64,000 nucleotides of DNA from a virus. The notes beneath the pieces are model-generated. The model had not been told where the DNA came from, did no database searches, and saw only the letters and a program-made list of their open reading frames with translations. Made by a program: the position numbers and the translations under genes. The stretch spans positions 1 to 64,000 of IMG/VR virus record IMGVR_UViG_3300020045_011333; one strand, given 5' to 3'. Below, in pieces: positions 41,670 to 53,900 of this stretch (positions within the stretch are counted from its first letter, which is position 1; the number at the start of each line of letters is the position of its first letter).

Positions 41670-43718
41670 AAAAATAAAATTTAATTTTCCTTGAAAGAAT
41701 TTCAAGGAAGATTTGACAAGGGCCTAGGTTACTGGTAATCTTTTTATAGTTTCAAAACGAACTCATGCAAAAATTACATTAGTTCAAAAATAGGAGAACA
41801 TCATGCCTCATTATCGTCCCACTCGCCCCGTAAAGCGCCTCACAACGAAGGAAGAGGTTCAAGTCGTCTTGGATCGCTATCATGCCGGAACTGAGCCAGT
41901 GACGCTTTATGGTGTGACACAGATGGGTTATGTAGAACCTTATGAACTAATCCCTAGCTCTAAGATTATTTATGAGCCATATGCTACTGGTGATGGAGGC
42001 ATTCATAAGGTTGATTGTCTTAAAACTTCTACCCTAGAAGGTGATAAGAAGTATCAGTGGGATTTCTTTCTGGAATCATTTGGTATCGTTGAAGATGCTT
42101 ATGCAACTGAGTTTGCTTTGTTTGAACATGAGGCAGACGCTTTGGCTTATTCAGAACTGTTGAAGGCTGATGAGCGCTACATAACTAGTGTTAAGGAGCA
42201 TTGGGCTATGTGTGACGAATTGTTTGAAGGGTTGGATTACGCATATGAATATGAATATGAGGAAAAGTTGTGATGAAAACTACAATCATGTATTGGGTTA
42301 AATTTGATCTTCCTCTCTATGTCAGATATCATCCTAAAGTAAATAATATTTCTATTGAGAACGAAGAGGGTTATGATCCTCACGGCCACAGCCCTTCATT
42401 TTGTTGCTGGATCGTTCCGGGAACTGTTGATCCTAATGAGGATTGAAAATTATTTATCTTGATCTCTGACTTTTTCTGTGATAAGAATCTGCTATAAAGA
42501 AACAATTAAGGAGAATATTATGATTGCTAATAGATTGGTACTAACTGTTTTGTTTAAGAATGGAATTGAAAAGACTTATTCAGGCTCAGTTATTGAAGAT
42601 GATAAGCTTGATATAGTTCATAAGGAGCTACCCAATATTAAAAAATTTGTTGGTGATGTTTATAAAGAAGGCTCAACAGCAAACTTAGAGATTGGTGATA
42701 CCATTATTAATATTTCTGAAACTGTATCTATTAATTTTCGTATCGGATATAGTTACTAAAACTTTTATCTTGACTCCTCACTTTTTGTGGTGCATATTAG
42801 GTCAGATGTAAGAAATAAAAGGAGAAATAATTGTCTTTCACTAACAAATCTGAGATGCATTTTAACACCTCAAATTATTTTCCTAACCTTGACCGGCACA
42901 AAAATTTCTGGTGCACCGCTAAGATTAATGAAGATGGTGAAACCTATCGTATTCACATGTGGGCCGATCATGTTCCTAGTGTTGATATTTCGAAGTGCAC
43001 CAGCCCGGCTTATGAAATTGTAATTCTATGGGATAATTGGAAATCTGAAGTTTCTAAGATTGTTGTTGACAAGGCTTAGTCAACTCTATAAGTTGAATGT
43101 ATTAAAGGTTTAAAAGGAGAACACCAAATGCCAGTAGATCGCACGACTTACACAAATGGCTCAGGTCGTCACGCCTATGAAGTTGAAGTCTACCTTAATA
43201 AGGACGCGAGAAATGTTTCTGACTTCCGTCGCCTCACATTTGAGGTCCATGCCGTTAATCGCACCGTAGCGGCTGTCAGGCTAGAACGTGATGGGTATGA
43301 GGTATGTAGTGTGAATATGGTAGGGTGAAAACCCTAACGGGACAGACCACACCTATCATACCTATCATACCTCAATATAGAACAATACAACAATACAGAC
43401 CATCCAAACCCTCACCACCGCACCGTAGGAGATATCATGAAAGTTGTTTATATAGTCGAGCAAGATTCTGGTTCATATGGGCGTTATGTTGCAGCAGTTT
43501 TCAGTGAAGAAGCTAAAGCAGTAGAATATTGTAAAAAGAAAAATGGTGGTTACGCTAGTTATTCATATGATGCAATGGTTGTTGATCAGGAGGGATAAAA
43601 TGTTTATATAAGCCCTTGACTCCAACCTAAATCTTTATTACATTTAAATCGTAGAGAAATCTTGAAGAAGATTATTTAACAAGGGCCTAGGTTGCCCAAA
43701 CAGAAAAGGAGAATTGTA

Positions 43719-43970
43719 ATGGCTCGTAAGGAATTGGCAAACAAGCATGGCATTGTGGATCAGATTAAGACTCTTATCACTAATCAGGATAAGGTCAAGT
43801 ATGCTGTCAAAATGGAATTGGTCCAACTAGGCTATGTCGCAGAGGCTGAACGTGTAAAGACTGTGGCCGTGGTTGAAGCTGGTCGTGGACGTAAGAAGAT
43901 TATTTATGCCCCAACTAATAAAGGCAAAACACTTATTGCTTTTTCCAAAAATTGGAAGACATCATCTTAA
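43719..43970 (+). CDS. winged-helix-like small protein (paralog of 46733-46963)
   Basis: GRGRKKIIYAPTNKGKTLIAFSKNWK vs RRGPRTIVYALSGKGKGLLNLSKNWK. Confidence 0.6.
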   Translation: MARKELANKHGIVDQIKTLITNQDKVKYAVKMELVQLGYVAEAERVKTVAVVEAGRGRKKIIYAPTNKGKTLIAFSKNWKTSS

Positions 43971-44663
43971 AGTTCATGATTCGTTCCAATAAAAATGATA
44001 AAAGAGTGAATATTTAAGTATATTCACTCTTTTCTTTATGGAAAAATATGATATAGTATCAGTGTAAATTAGTTTTTTGTAAAGGAGTATGTATCATGTA
44101 TGAAATTGTAGATAAGGATAATGTAGTATATTCAGTTAATAGTTACTACACCGCAGAGATAGTTAGAGATAGCCTTGTTATGGTAGGTCGCGGACCAGTC
44201 AAGATCATAAAAGTAGGTGATAACTCTCACTGCAACAGAGAAAATTCAAAGTCGTTCTTCCTAGAAGAGAAGCTTAATTGTTGAAATAGTAGACCGGGGA
44301 CCCATTAAAAATTTAAGTGACGCCGGGAGGCTCCACAAAAAATTTAACAAGGGCCTAGTTCCACCACAACTTTTTCACGATTCCAAATTCAGCTTTTAAC
44401 AGGAGAAAAATGATGATGAGGTACAATAAATATGTGGCTACTGCTTTTGTAACTAATCGTGTTGTTACGGCAGAGCCTTCCAGACAATTGGTAAATGCCG
44501 CTGTAAGCATGTTCAAGGATTATCCCCACATAGAGCATTGCTACGTCAGACGATGCCTTGTGGACCAAACCGGAGGCATTCTAAGCGACCCCCATTTCAA
44601 AGCATTGACCATACCAAAGAAATCAGTGCTTGACAAAATGAAAAGAGCATGATATAAGCTTTT

Positions 44664-45025
44664 CATTGATTGAGACGTAGCTCATGCCCCTGTTTGACAC
44701 AGCGACGGCATGAGCCACTGTTCGCGGTGATAGAGGTTCACGGACCGGAAGCTGATGAGGTCAACAGTCAGCATCATTCTAAGGGCATGTGGCTGGAACT
44801 TTCGTTTAAATTGGTACTCTGGCATACGGGTTCGAGTCCCGTTAGAGCAATTCAAAGGTTGTTAACCTTTGTAAGCAAGCCTTGTTGTAGCTGTGTCAGA
44901 GTTTAAATTACTAGATCAGTGATATTAGTTGTGTTTCATTTCCTTTTCACGACAAGTTATCACTGTTAAAAAAGTGCGCCACGTCTCTCAGTCCCTAGGC
45001 TGATTGAGGCAGGCGCACTTTTTTT
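44664..45025 (+). ncRNA. candidate ~360-nt structured ncRNA with an internal tRNA T-arm
   Basis: Own promoter TTGACA(44630)-N17-TATAAG; GCTCATGCC/GGCATGAGC; ACGGG-TTCGAGT-CCCGT; 5'/3' pairing GATTGAGACGT/ACGTCTCTCAGTC; 13-bp terminator stem. Confidence 0.7.
44968..45025 (+). terminator. intrinsic terminator
   Basis: AAAAAAGTGCGCC/GGCGCACTTTTTT stem with T-tract. Confidence 0.8.
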
Positions 45026-45178
45026 GTTTTTATCTTGAGTTTGCAATTTTTTTATCACGGGAGTCCATTTTTTATTTATCTTCAGAGTCCATTTTTTCTG
45101 GCACGTTGGCGCGAAAATTCTGGAATTTTATTTTAAATTAATTTTAAAAATTTTTCAAAAAATTTCTGGTGAGCGCTG

Positions 45179-45241
45179 GAACAAACCGTGAACATTAGTC
45201 ATGAGAACAAACCGTGAACGACTTTTGTTCCTGATTCGTTC
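45179..45241. promoter_or_regulatory. three alphaproteobacterial-type LexA (SOS) boxes
   Basis: GAAC-AAACCGT-GAAC at 45179 and 45205; GTTC-CTGATTC-GTTC at 45227. Confidence 0.7.
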
Positions 45242-45322
45242 CGTTTTAAAAATAAGGCAGGTTCGCCGTTCCCATTCTCGGCCCCGACCTTCGGTCTTTT
45301 GCGGCGTCTTTGAATTGTCCTT

Positions 45323-45351
45323 AGATTATCAAAAGTTTGATTCCATGTCAA
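45323..45351 (-). promoter_or_regulatory. leftward sigma70-like promoter
   Basis: TTGACA (45351-45346)-N17-TAATCT (45328-45323) on the minus strand. Confidence 0.55.
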
Positions 45352-46484
45352 CTGGAAAAATAATTTATTTTTATAAAAATTTAGGTTGACTCCGTTTCAT
45401 GACGTTATATATTGAGGATAACGAAAACGCAACGGAGTTAAACCAAATGACTTTCAATTCTTCTATCAAAGAAGCTAAGGAACGCGGCGAATTAAGCCTT
45501 GCCCGTCGCATGGACGCTGAACGTCGAATCGCAAGCGCCATAGTTCGCCACGCGCTCAAAAACAACATGCAAGTTAGTATCAATGATGGCGAGGAATGGA
45601 CAGTTAAAAAGTCTGGAAATTATCGCGAAATTATGTCCGCATTGTATTCCACGGATGAGGATGTTATTCGTTTGAATAACGCAACGGATGGTTTTCCGCT
45701 GGGCAAATTCTTTCTGGTCTATGGTAATGACGGTTATGATGTAGTTTCCGACTATACCGTGACAGAAACAACGGATCATATTTGGGAAACTGTTATTAAG
45801 CCTCTTTCTGATTTGATCGAAATGGGTAAATAATTTAAAAAATGGGTATTGACTAAATCCCCATTTCTTTTATGTTACTGGTAACGAAACGCAAACAAAA
45901 GGTTTTGCATCATGACTGTCACGCTAGAAAAATCCTATCGCCGCTCGGTTAACGTCCTGCGGCCTAACAAGGCCCGTATGGCCGCGATTCATGCCGAATA
46001 TAGCCTTATCCATAGCGAGGCTGTTTTCACTGCTAATGCGATGCTATCGCTTGGCAATAAGACCGCAAGAGAACTGTATGAAGCGGCTTGCGCCATTCGA
46101 TCCGATAATGAAACGGAACTGGCAGAAGTGATTCGCGTTGTACTAATGGGATTGGCTCGAAAGGAAGATTATAAGAATAATAAAAATAAGTCTTGACTTA
46201 ATCATTAAAATGTAAGAAAACAGGACTGCAAACAACAAATTGGAGCTTTAAAAATGACAATGCTAGTTACTGGTTACAAGAGCAAGAAAGACCTTAAGGC
46301 TGCAATCGGCAAGCCGCTCAAGTATCGTGAAACGTCTATGTTTGGCGCGGAATACAAGCCTAATGGCAAGCTAACCGTCGCTCATCGCCCGCATATGACT
46401 CCAATTGGAGGACGGGAATTTTTCGCTCAAGTGACAATGGTTAACGGATTGATTGCAAAGGTGGAATAAAATTATTAAATAATT

Positions 46485-46520
46485 AATAAGCCAGTTCTTT
46501 AATTAGAACTGGCTTATTTT
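46485..46520 (+). terminator. intrinsic (possibly bidirectional) terminator
   Basis: 14-bp stem AATAAGCCAGTTCT/AGAACTGGCTTATT. Confidence 0.75.
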
Positions 46521-46732
46521 CTTTTATCTAATAAATAAAAAATTTCGATCTCTAATTCTCCCCACCTCCGGCTTTCGCTTTCTTTGATGTAGCACCATTC
46601 TATAACATTCTTAAACTCTGGTCAACAACAAAATTCACCAAAATAATTTTATTTTATTACATTTTCCTCTTGTCAAACATTTTTAAATCATTAGATTGCA
46701 GTGAGAAACAAACAAACAAAGGAGTTTTCTAA

Positions 46733-46963
46733 ATGTCTCGCAAGCCAATCTTTTCCACAAACAAAGAAATTGCAACCGTTCTAAAAGCATTTGCCGCTGG
46801 CCAAACAGTGAGCTATGACCATAGACGACGACTCGTTGCAACTGGTCATATAGTTGCAACAAAATCTGAAACCCGAGAAATGCGCCGTGGACCGCGTACC
46901 ATTGTTTATGCATTGTCTGGTAAGGGCAAGGGATTGCTGAATCTTTCTAAAAATTGGAAATAA
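46733..46963 (+). CDS. winged-helix-like small protein (paralog of 43719-43970)
   Basis: Shared C-terminal YxxxxKGKxLxxxSKNWK. Confidence 0.6.
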   Translation: MSRKPIFSTNKEIATVLKAFAAGQTVSYDHRRRLVATGHIVATKSETREMRRGPRTIVYALSGKGKGLLNLSKNWK

Positions 46964-47004
46964 GAGTGGCTTTTTCAAACTCTTCACAAATAAGGATTAA
47001 TCGA

Positions 47005-47592
47005 ATGCCTGCTATCATTGAAACAACGGTTTATCAATTCAACGAATTGAGCGAACGCGCAAAAGACAATGCCCGTCAATGGTTCCGCGATGTTAGTGCA
47101 AATGATGACTGGTACGATTCAACCTTTGAAGATGTTAAGGAATGCGGCAAGCTAATTGGCATTACCATTGATAAAATCTATTTCAGAGGTTTTTGGTCGC
47201 AAGGTGACGGCGCTTGTTTTGAAGGCTCATATTCTTATGCTAAGGCCGCTCCCGCCACCATAGCGGCTTATACAGGCGGAAACGAAACGCTTGTGAGGAT
47301 TGCTAAGGAATTACTAGAAGTACAACGCAAGGCGTTCTATAGACTGACTGCAACTGTTAAGCATTCTGGCCGGTACTATCATGAATATTGCACTGATATT
47401 GACGTTTACAATAATGGTGAAATTGCTGATAACGTAACAGATGAAATTATTTCTACTCTGTTACGTGATTTTATGCGCTGGATTTACAGAGAATTAGAAA
47501 AGGCTTATAATGATTACATGAGCAACGAAACGGTTGACGATAATATTCGTTGTAATGAATATACGTTCGACATTAATGGAAAGAGGTTTTAA
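47005..47592 (+). CDS. conserved phage hypothetical protein
   Basis: YQFNELSERAKDNAR...GFWSQGDGACFEG motif. Confidence 0.6.
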   Translation: MPAIIETTVYQFNELSERAKDNARQWFRDVSANDDWYDSTFEDVKECGKLIGITIDKIYFRGFWSQGDGACFEGSYSYAKAAPATIAAYTGGNETLVRIAKELLEVQRKAFYRLTATVKHSGRYYHEYCTDIDVYNNGEIADNVTDEIISTLLRDFMRWIYRELEKAYNDYMSNETVDDNIRCNEYTFDINGKRF

Positions 47593-47929
47593 TAATGGAT
47601 AACTTTATAGAAAGATTAGAACAATATATTGAATCAATTGAATACTTAAGAAAAAAGTATTTTACTGATAAAAATTATTTACCTGATGAGGCTAATCCCA
47701 ATCTTTCCTATGAAGTTGAAAAGAAATGGGTAAAAATTTATAAAATAGATTCTGAAAATAATATTATAGGTGTTTTTGCCTTTGTCGAAATTGATACAGG
47801 AAATATATTCGAACGGGCAAATAATCCTAAAGCCCCAAGAAAAAACAAAATTAAAGGAAATATTTTCTCGGAAGAAAACGGATTGGAATCTGTTAAGAAA
47901 ACTAATCCTAATTATTTGATTTAAACCTC

Positions 47930-50900
47930 TTGACTTAGATTACTAAAAGATTTAAGTTTGATCTATCGAAACAAAGGAATAGAAAAATGGAAAAGCCTAA
48001 CCGTCTTTATAAAACAACTATTGTAATTTGGACTGATTTTCCTACCTCTTCTATAGGAATAGAAGACTTAGCAAGAGAAACACAAGTAGGTGATGCTTTT
48101 TGTGAATCAAGTGAGTGTGTAGAGATTTCAAATAAAAAGTATTTTCCTGAAACTGCATTTTTTGGGGATGAATAAGTTTTTAAATTTCACCTACTGTTAT
48201 AGTAGGTGATTTTTAAATTCTTACAACGGAGTCAATCAAATGCCTGCTAAAATCACATTCAATAAAGCAACTGTTAAAGGCCCTAAGCCTGCAACTGGTT
48301 ATGTCGCGCTCTTGCCAGTTGGTGACAAGACTGTTAAATTTGTGTTGCAGGATGATGCATTTGAAACGCCTTGTTTGACGCATTATGCTAGTGGGATCAT
48401 TACTATCCATAGCAATACCGTTGCGGCTCGAAAGCTTGCTAAATATGTCGCAAACCCTTATTCAACGCCTATGACTGATAGGCAGATTTGTGCCGAGATT
48501 TTGAACGAAATTGTTAATCAGCACGGCGCGGAAAAGATACTGGCAAAATTCGACGCTGCTAAGATAATTAACACTTGACTTTGTGAGTCATTGGATTAAA
48601 TTAATAGCAATTGAAACAAAAAGGAACTGAGAAAATGGAAAAGATGGAATTTTCTGAAGCGCTTGCAATCGTTCTAAATCTTGCGCAAGGCGCGGCTATG
48701 GATGAGAATGAAGCCGAAATTGACGAAATGCAAGACGAATATGTGCGACAACAAAACGCCTTGGATTCTGTTTATGCCTTTCTTTATCTTAAGAAAGATT
48801 AAAATAACTCTTTACATGGCCTAACATGTAAGATAATGTTAGGCCATAGAAACAAACGCTTTAAGGAGCAAAACTAATGACACTTTCCACCAATGCTGCT
48901 AAAAACAAAGATTTGCGGAACGTTGGTTCTGAAATGCAACATAGACACTTCGCCACGGTCGCAGGCATTATTAGGAACCTTAATGGTTCCATGTCTAAGG
49001 AGGATGTTAAGCTAGTCGCAGAACATTTCTCCGCTGATTTGAAGAACACTAACGCAAAGTTTGATAAGAAAAGGTTTCTTGCGGCTTGCGGTTTTTAAAT
49101 CTTTACACAATGGAGTCTTAGTGATAAGACTCTATTAGTAAATTTTTAATGCTTTAAGGAGTTTAAGCAATGCAACTTTTAAGAGTAGTACACAAAGACT
49201 CTAGACCAATGCTATATTATATAGACGGTAAAAGAGTCGATAAGGATCGTTGGCATTTGGCATGGCAGTTTGCAAAATCCCGTGATTCTATGACAACTAA
49301 AGATAAAAATGGCAAGTTTTATCATTATACAAGCGTCCGTTAATCCTTTGTCAATCTTTACCTGCTATCCTCTTTATATCAGATAAACAATCAACTGAGG
49401 ATAACAGGACATGACGACGAAAATCAATCTTAAGACTGTAAAGCCCCTCACAACTGTTAACGACTTCGCAACTGGCATGCAATTTATTATTCTTTTCATG
49501 TCGATCGCTCTTGCCAGTCTAGCCGGTTTGGTTTATAGATATGACGCTATCTGCAACTCATTAGGGATTTAGAATAATGGCAATCTACATTCAACGAAAA
49601 GATAATCGTTATCTGGAAACGGTTGACGAATTCGAAACTCGTAAAGAGGCATTGACTAATCTAAAGGAATATCGCCTAAGCGATAATTCAGGGAATTATT
49701 ATTTGTCTAGCAGGGCTTGCCGCGATTGGAATAAGAAATAAAATAATTAATTGACAATAGGGCTGCAAGGCCCTATTTTCTTTTTAACGCCTGCCGTGGG
49801 AACGGCAGGCCTGCCTGTTATTTATTTCAGAACAAAACATAAACATAATATTTTAAAAATTCTGGTTGACATATGTTTTGCAGGTCATTAGATTACAGAT
49901 ATCGAAACAAAGGAATCAAGCTAATGGCAAACCGTTATGATGTAGAATACACAGATACATTTGGAGGCGAGGCGAATTATTCGTGGATTAATCGCAAAGT
50001 TGTAACCATGCCTGAATTGACACATTATGGATATGATGGCGGAACCAATTATTCCAAGGCTAATAAAGTATTTGAACGCGAACTAATGAAACGTGCTAAG
50101 GCTTCTATGGGTTTGACTAATGTTTCTGGAAAAACTTACTGGCATGGCGATATGTGCGAATTCCGCCCCTATGGTTCTGCAACTATTATGTTTATCACAT
50201 ATAAGGATGAATAATATGTTTCCGGTTCAAAATCACACTCGCCTTATACAAGGTGACAAACGATTTGACGATCTTGTCAGACTGGCAACTCATAAGGCAA
50301 ATAAATTCCTTACCTGCAATCCGACAAGGCGAGCGTCAACCTTTATCATGCTGCAATGGTGCGGCAATGAATACAGAGCAAAAGCTAAATTTCGTTCTAA
50401 TCAAGGCACGAGTCACATTGCAACCGCTTTTGAAAGTGAATTGAAATAATTTTATAAATCCTGTTGACATAGGTCAAATAATTTTTTATGTTTGATCTAT
50501 CGAAACGGAGAACTGAGACAATGAATATGACTCAAGAAAGCATTGAATATCGTAAAGCTTTCACTATGAAAGTAGAATCTGCTAAAACAACTGCAACAAA
50601 ATATAATGGTATGTCTTATAAGGCCATGGAAAATTTGATTGACGAAATAAAAGCTGACTATAAAGCGGGCAAGATAACTATTCAAGATTTAAATAATTGT
50701 CATGTATTTACAATGACAACTTATTATAAAAGTGCTGGCGATTGGCGAAAATTGCTTTGATAAGATTTAAGTTAATAGCCGCTTTGACACGGCTATATTC
50801 TTAAACTTATGATAAAAGGAACTGAGCAAATGAAAATCCTTAAAGACACCTATGCTGTGTTTTGGACTCGTAAAGGCTGGAAACAAGCTTTCCATGCCGA

Positions 50901-53900
50901 TATTTGCGCAGCAACGCCTAATGAGGCTTATAGTCAATTTGCAGGCATGTTCCCTAGTGATATCGTTAGATCGATCCGCGATAAATCAGGAAAATTTTGT
51001 AAATTTAAATAATTTGGTCTTGACCACGATGTAAGAAAAGAATAACTTGATTATATCGAAACGGGAATTAAGCTATGAAAACCTTTCTTGAAATTAATGC
51101 TTCGGAATATCTGGCTTATCAGACTTCAAAAGAAATTGCAGACAAAGCTCAAACTCTTGAGGCATGGGATAAAGAGGATAAGTCATTTGCTTTCATGCTG
51201 GAAACTATCCGAAATGAAGCTGCAACGGCTTTGCATTATCGGGGCAAGGTATCGCAAGAGCAACATGAATCGGCGGATCAAAACGCCCTTGACACCTGCT
51301 ATGAAGCAGGAATTGATCCTGATAGCGATGCGGGAAAATTGATTTATTATCGTGTATATGTTCAAACTTTGCAGTTGATTTAAACGCTTACAAAGGAGCT
51401 AAGCAAATGCCCGCAAAGAAACTTTCCCGCACCATGCAGCTTGCCGAGGATTTGTTGCAATTCAAAGCAAGCGACATTTTGACTCTGGCAAAAGCTTACA
51501 AAGATATCAAAAAAGCTGACAAGCAAAGATATATGGCAAGCGGAGTCATTATCACTATTCAAAATTTGAGCGGAACTGTCATTGTTGAATCTGTTATGAT
51601 TTCCGATGGTTTGAGCGATGCAACAATTTCAGCGTTACAAGCTGACATTAAGGCAACATATGATTTTCGCCTGTTAATGAATAAAATCTGAAATATTCAT
51701 ATAGGATAACGAACATGCTTAAAATGTTTATGATAATAGCAAGTCTTAACGGTTCGCAGGAACCTATTATTAGTGCTTTATATGAGGATGAATGTTCTAT
51801 TGCATTAGAAGCCATTAATGCAGCACAAGCTATGCAAAAAATAAAAACTGGAATAGAATTTTCCTGTAAAGATTATGAAGTTTTTACAAAATAAGTCTTG
51901 ACCATTATTTCAATCTTTTATAGATTATGGATATCGAAACGGGAAACAAAACAATGACTGACAAGCTTATTTACTCTAATATCCTATCTGTCCTTAACGC
52001 CTTGCGCTGGACTGAAAACCGCGATGGCTTTTCCGCCACAGAGCGTGACAACGCATTGCGAGTCGTTCTTGGAATGCTTAACAAGGTATCCAAGCCTGAA
52101 AACTTCACTGTCTCCCGTTCGCTTGTTTTCAAGCTAATGAATGAAGCAAAAGCAAATCTGGCTTAAGGAGCTAATACAATGTCAAACCGTTGGAATTATT
52201 GTGGCGACGTAAATCTTGAATGTGGCGGATTCTTTTGGCGCGAAACTGACGACATTGAATCCGTTGAATGTATTGACATTATACCTTGCTCTGATGCCGG
52301 AGGCCCTGATAATAAATTTGTTATTGAGTTTGGTTACATTAATACTTTTGAGAATCTTTCTAAGCTTGAAAGTGCCTTAAATGTTATTGGGATGAATATT
52401 GAAAATGCATCTCGCTTTGATATTATTTATGCTTTTAAGGCTTATTCTGGAATTGATAGTCATTCTCATGTATGTGTACAAATTGGCAAGAATGAGGATG
52501 ATAATCCAAATGGCTGGAATCCAGTAGCAGACCACGTATTGCGTTCCAATGCCAAACTGAAAAACTTTGTTAGACGTGAATTTTTGTAAAATAAACTATT
52601 GACTATGTAAGAAAACGGCTTTATATTTCTCATAGTCAAACAAAGGAAAATGGAAATGGCTTACGAAATCGCAGTTTGGAGTAACAACATTCGCAAGGTT
52701 TTGAAAGTTGTTGATACTGTTTCTGAGGCTAAAACTCTCATTAATACAATGTTTACTGATGTGTTTATTGAGGAGGATTCGGAAAATCCAGATCATTTTG
52801 ATGTTTTTGCCTATGAAGGCGATATGTCTGAAGTATTCGTAATTGAACCTGTAAAAGGTTAAAATCAACCTATCAACAAAAGGAAAATCTAAAATGTCTG
52901 ACAATTCTAAGGACTGGAAACGCGACCGTGACATGGATCGCCGTAACAAGCAGGCTAAGCGGAATGTGTTTACATTCGTTGCGGCTGAAAAGCGGGAAGG
53001 CGTAGAAAAGCGTTATTATTAGCACTTAGGTTAAGAGCGACCCTGTTTCGCTCTTTTCCTAAACGCTAAGGAGTCTGAGACGATGAAAATTGATTATATC
53101 TTGTCTGCAACTGGCAATGCTATCATGCCTAGAATCGATCATATTTTCCATTCGAATGATGAATTGTATGTAAAGAGGCAAGCCGAAACTATTTGCCTTG
53201 CGCTATCTAAAGCGGGTTATTTTAGTTTCAATCTATATAATGTTTCTGCCTGCACACATTTTCATGTTGCAACATTCACGGTTGAGCAACCGGAACCGAT
53301 TATTTTTGTAAAATAATTGAAAATATCGCTTGCGTTTCGTGATAGATGAATATATAAATTAATCATCGAAACGGAGCGCAAACAAGGGAATACGAAAATG
53401 TCCACATACAACATTAAGCTTAAGGTTTGGACTAACGCAACAACAGGCGAAACTCGCATTTATGTTGATGGTAAGTATGTGGAATATAGGAATGTTTTGT
53501 CTCATGCCAATCTGTATCTTAAAGCAGATGAAAATGGCGCTATTATTTGGAACAACTCTTTCAAATGTAATTACAACACTATAACGGCTGCTGAGATGAA
53601 TCGCCTTGCATTTGGAGAACTGATAAAGGCTTTGAACGGCTGGAATGATAATTCTAACATTTCTTTTGCTGAGTTGTTGGAACGTGTCACGGCTTGCCAG
53701 ACTAAGGGCGGAAACTTTTCATTCAGGCAATATGAAAAGAAATATTTTAACTAAAATAAAGCCTCCTAACGCGGCTTTTTTCTTGTTCAATAATTCAAAG
53801 TCAACCATTTTGATCAGTTTTAACCAAAATGATTAGTTTTAACCAGTAAAGTCAACCATTTTGATTACTTTCAATCAATATGATTTAATTGCGCCATTTT

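Noticed and set aside
7349-44848. Regular ~12.5-kb spacing of the hairpin motif (7349, 19554, 32340, partial 44836)
   Set aside because: Only two true intervals; the fourth hit is a partial match explained by the T-arm, so periodicity is unsupported.
44664-45025. tmRNA (one- or two-piece), RNase P RNA or Y RNA
   Set aside because: No alanyl acceptor end with CCA, no GAGGAAAGUCC core, and T-arm/D-loop order is not the YrlA permutation.
45133-45147. CtrA box TTAA-N7-TTAA beside the LexA boxes
   Set aside because: Several such sites are expected by chance in DNA this AT-rich.
47005-47592. Antitoxin label sometimes attached to proteins with the GFWSQGDGACF motif
   Set aside because: No cognate toxin or functional evidence in the sequence; left as hypothetical.
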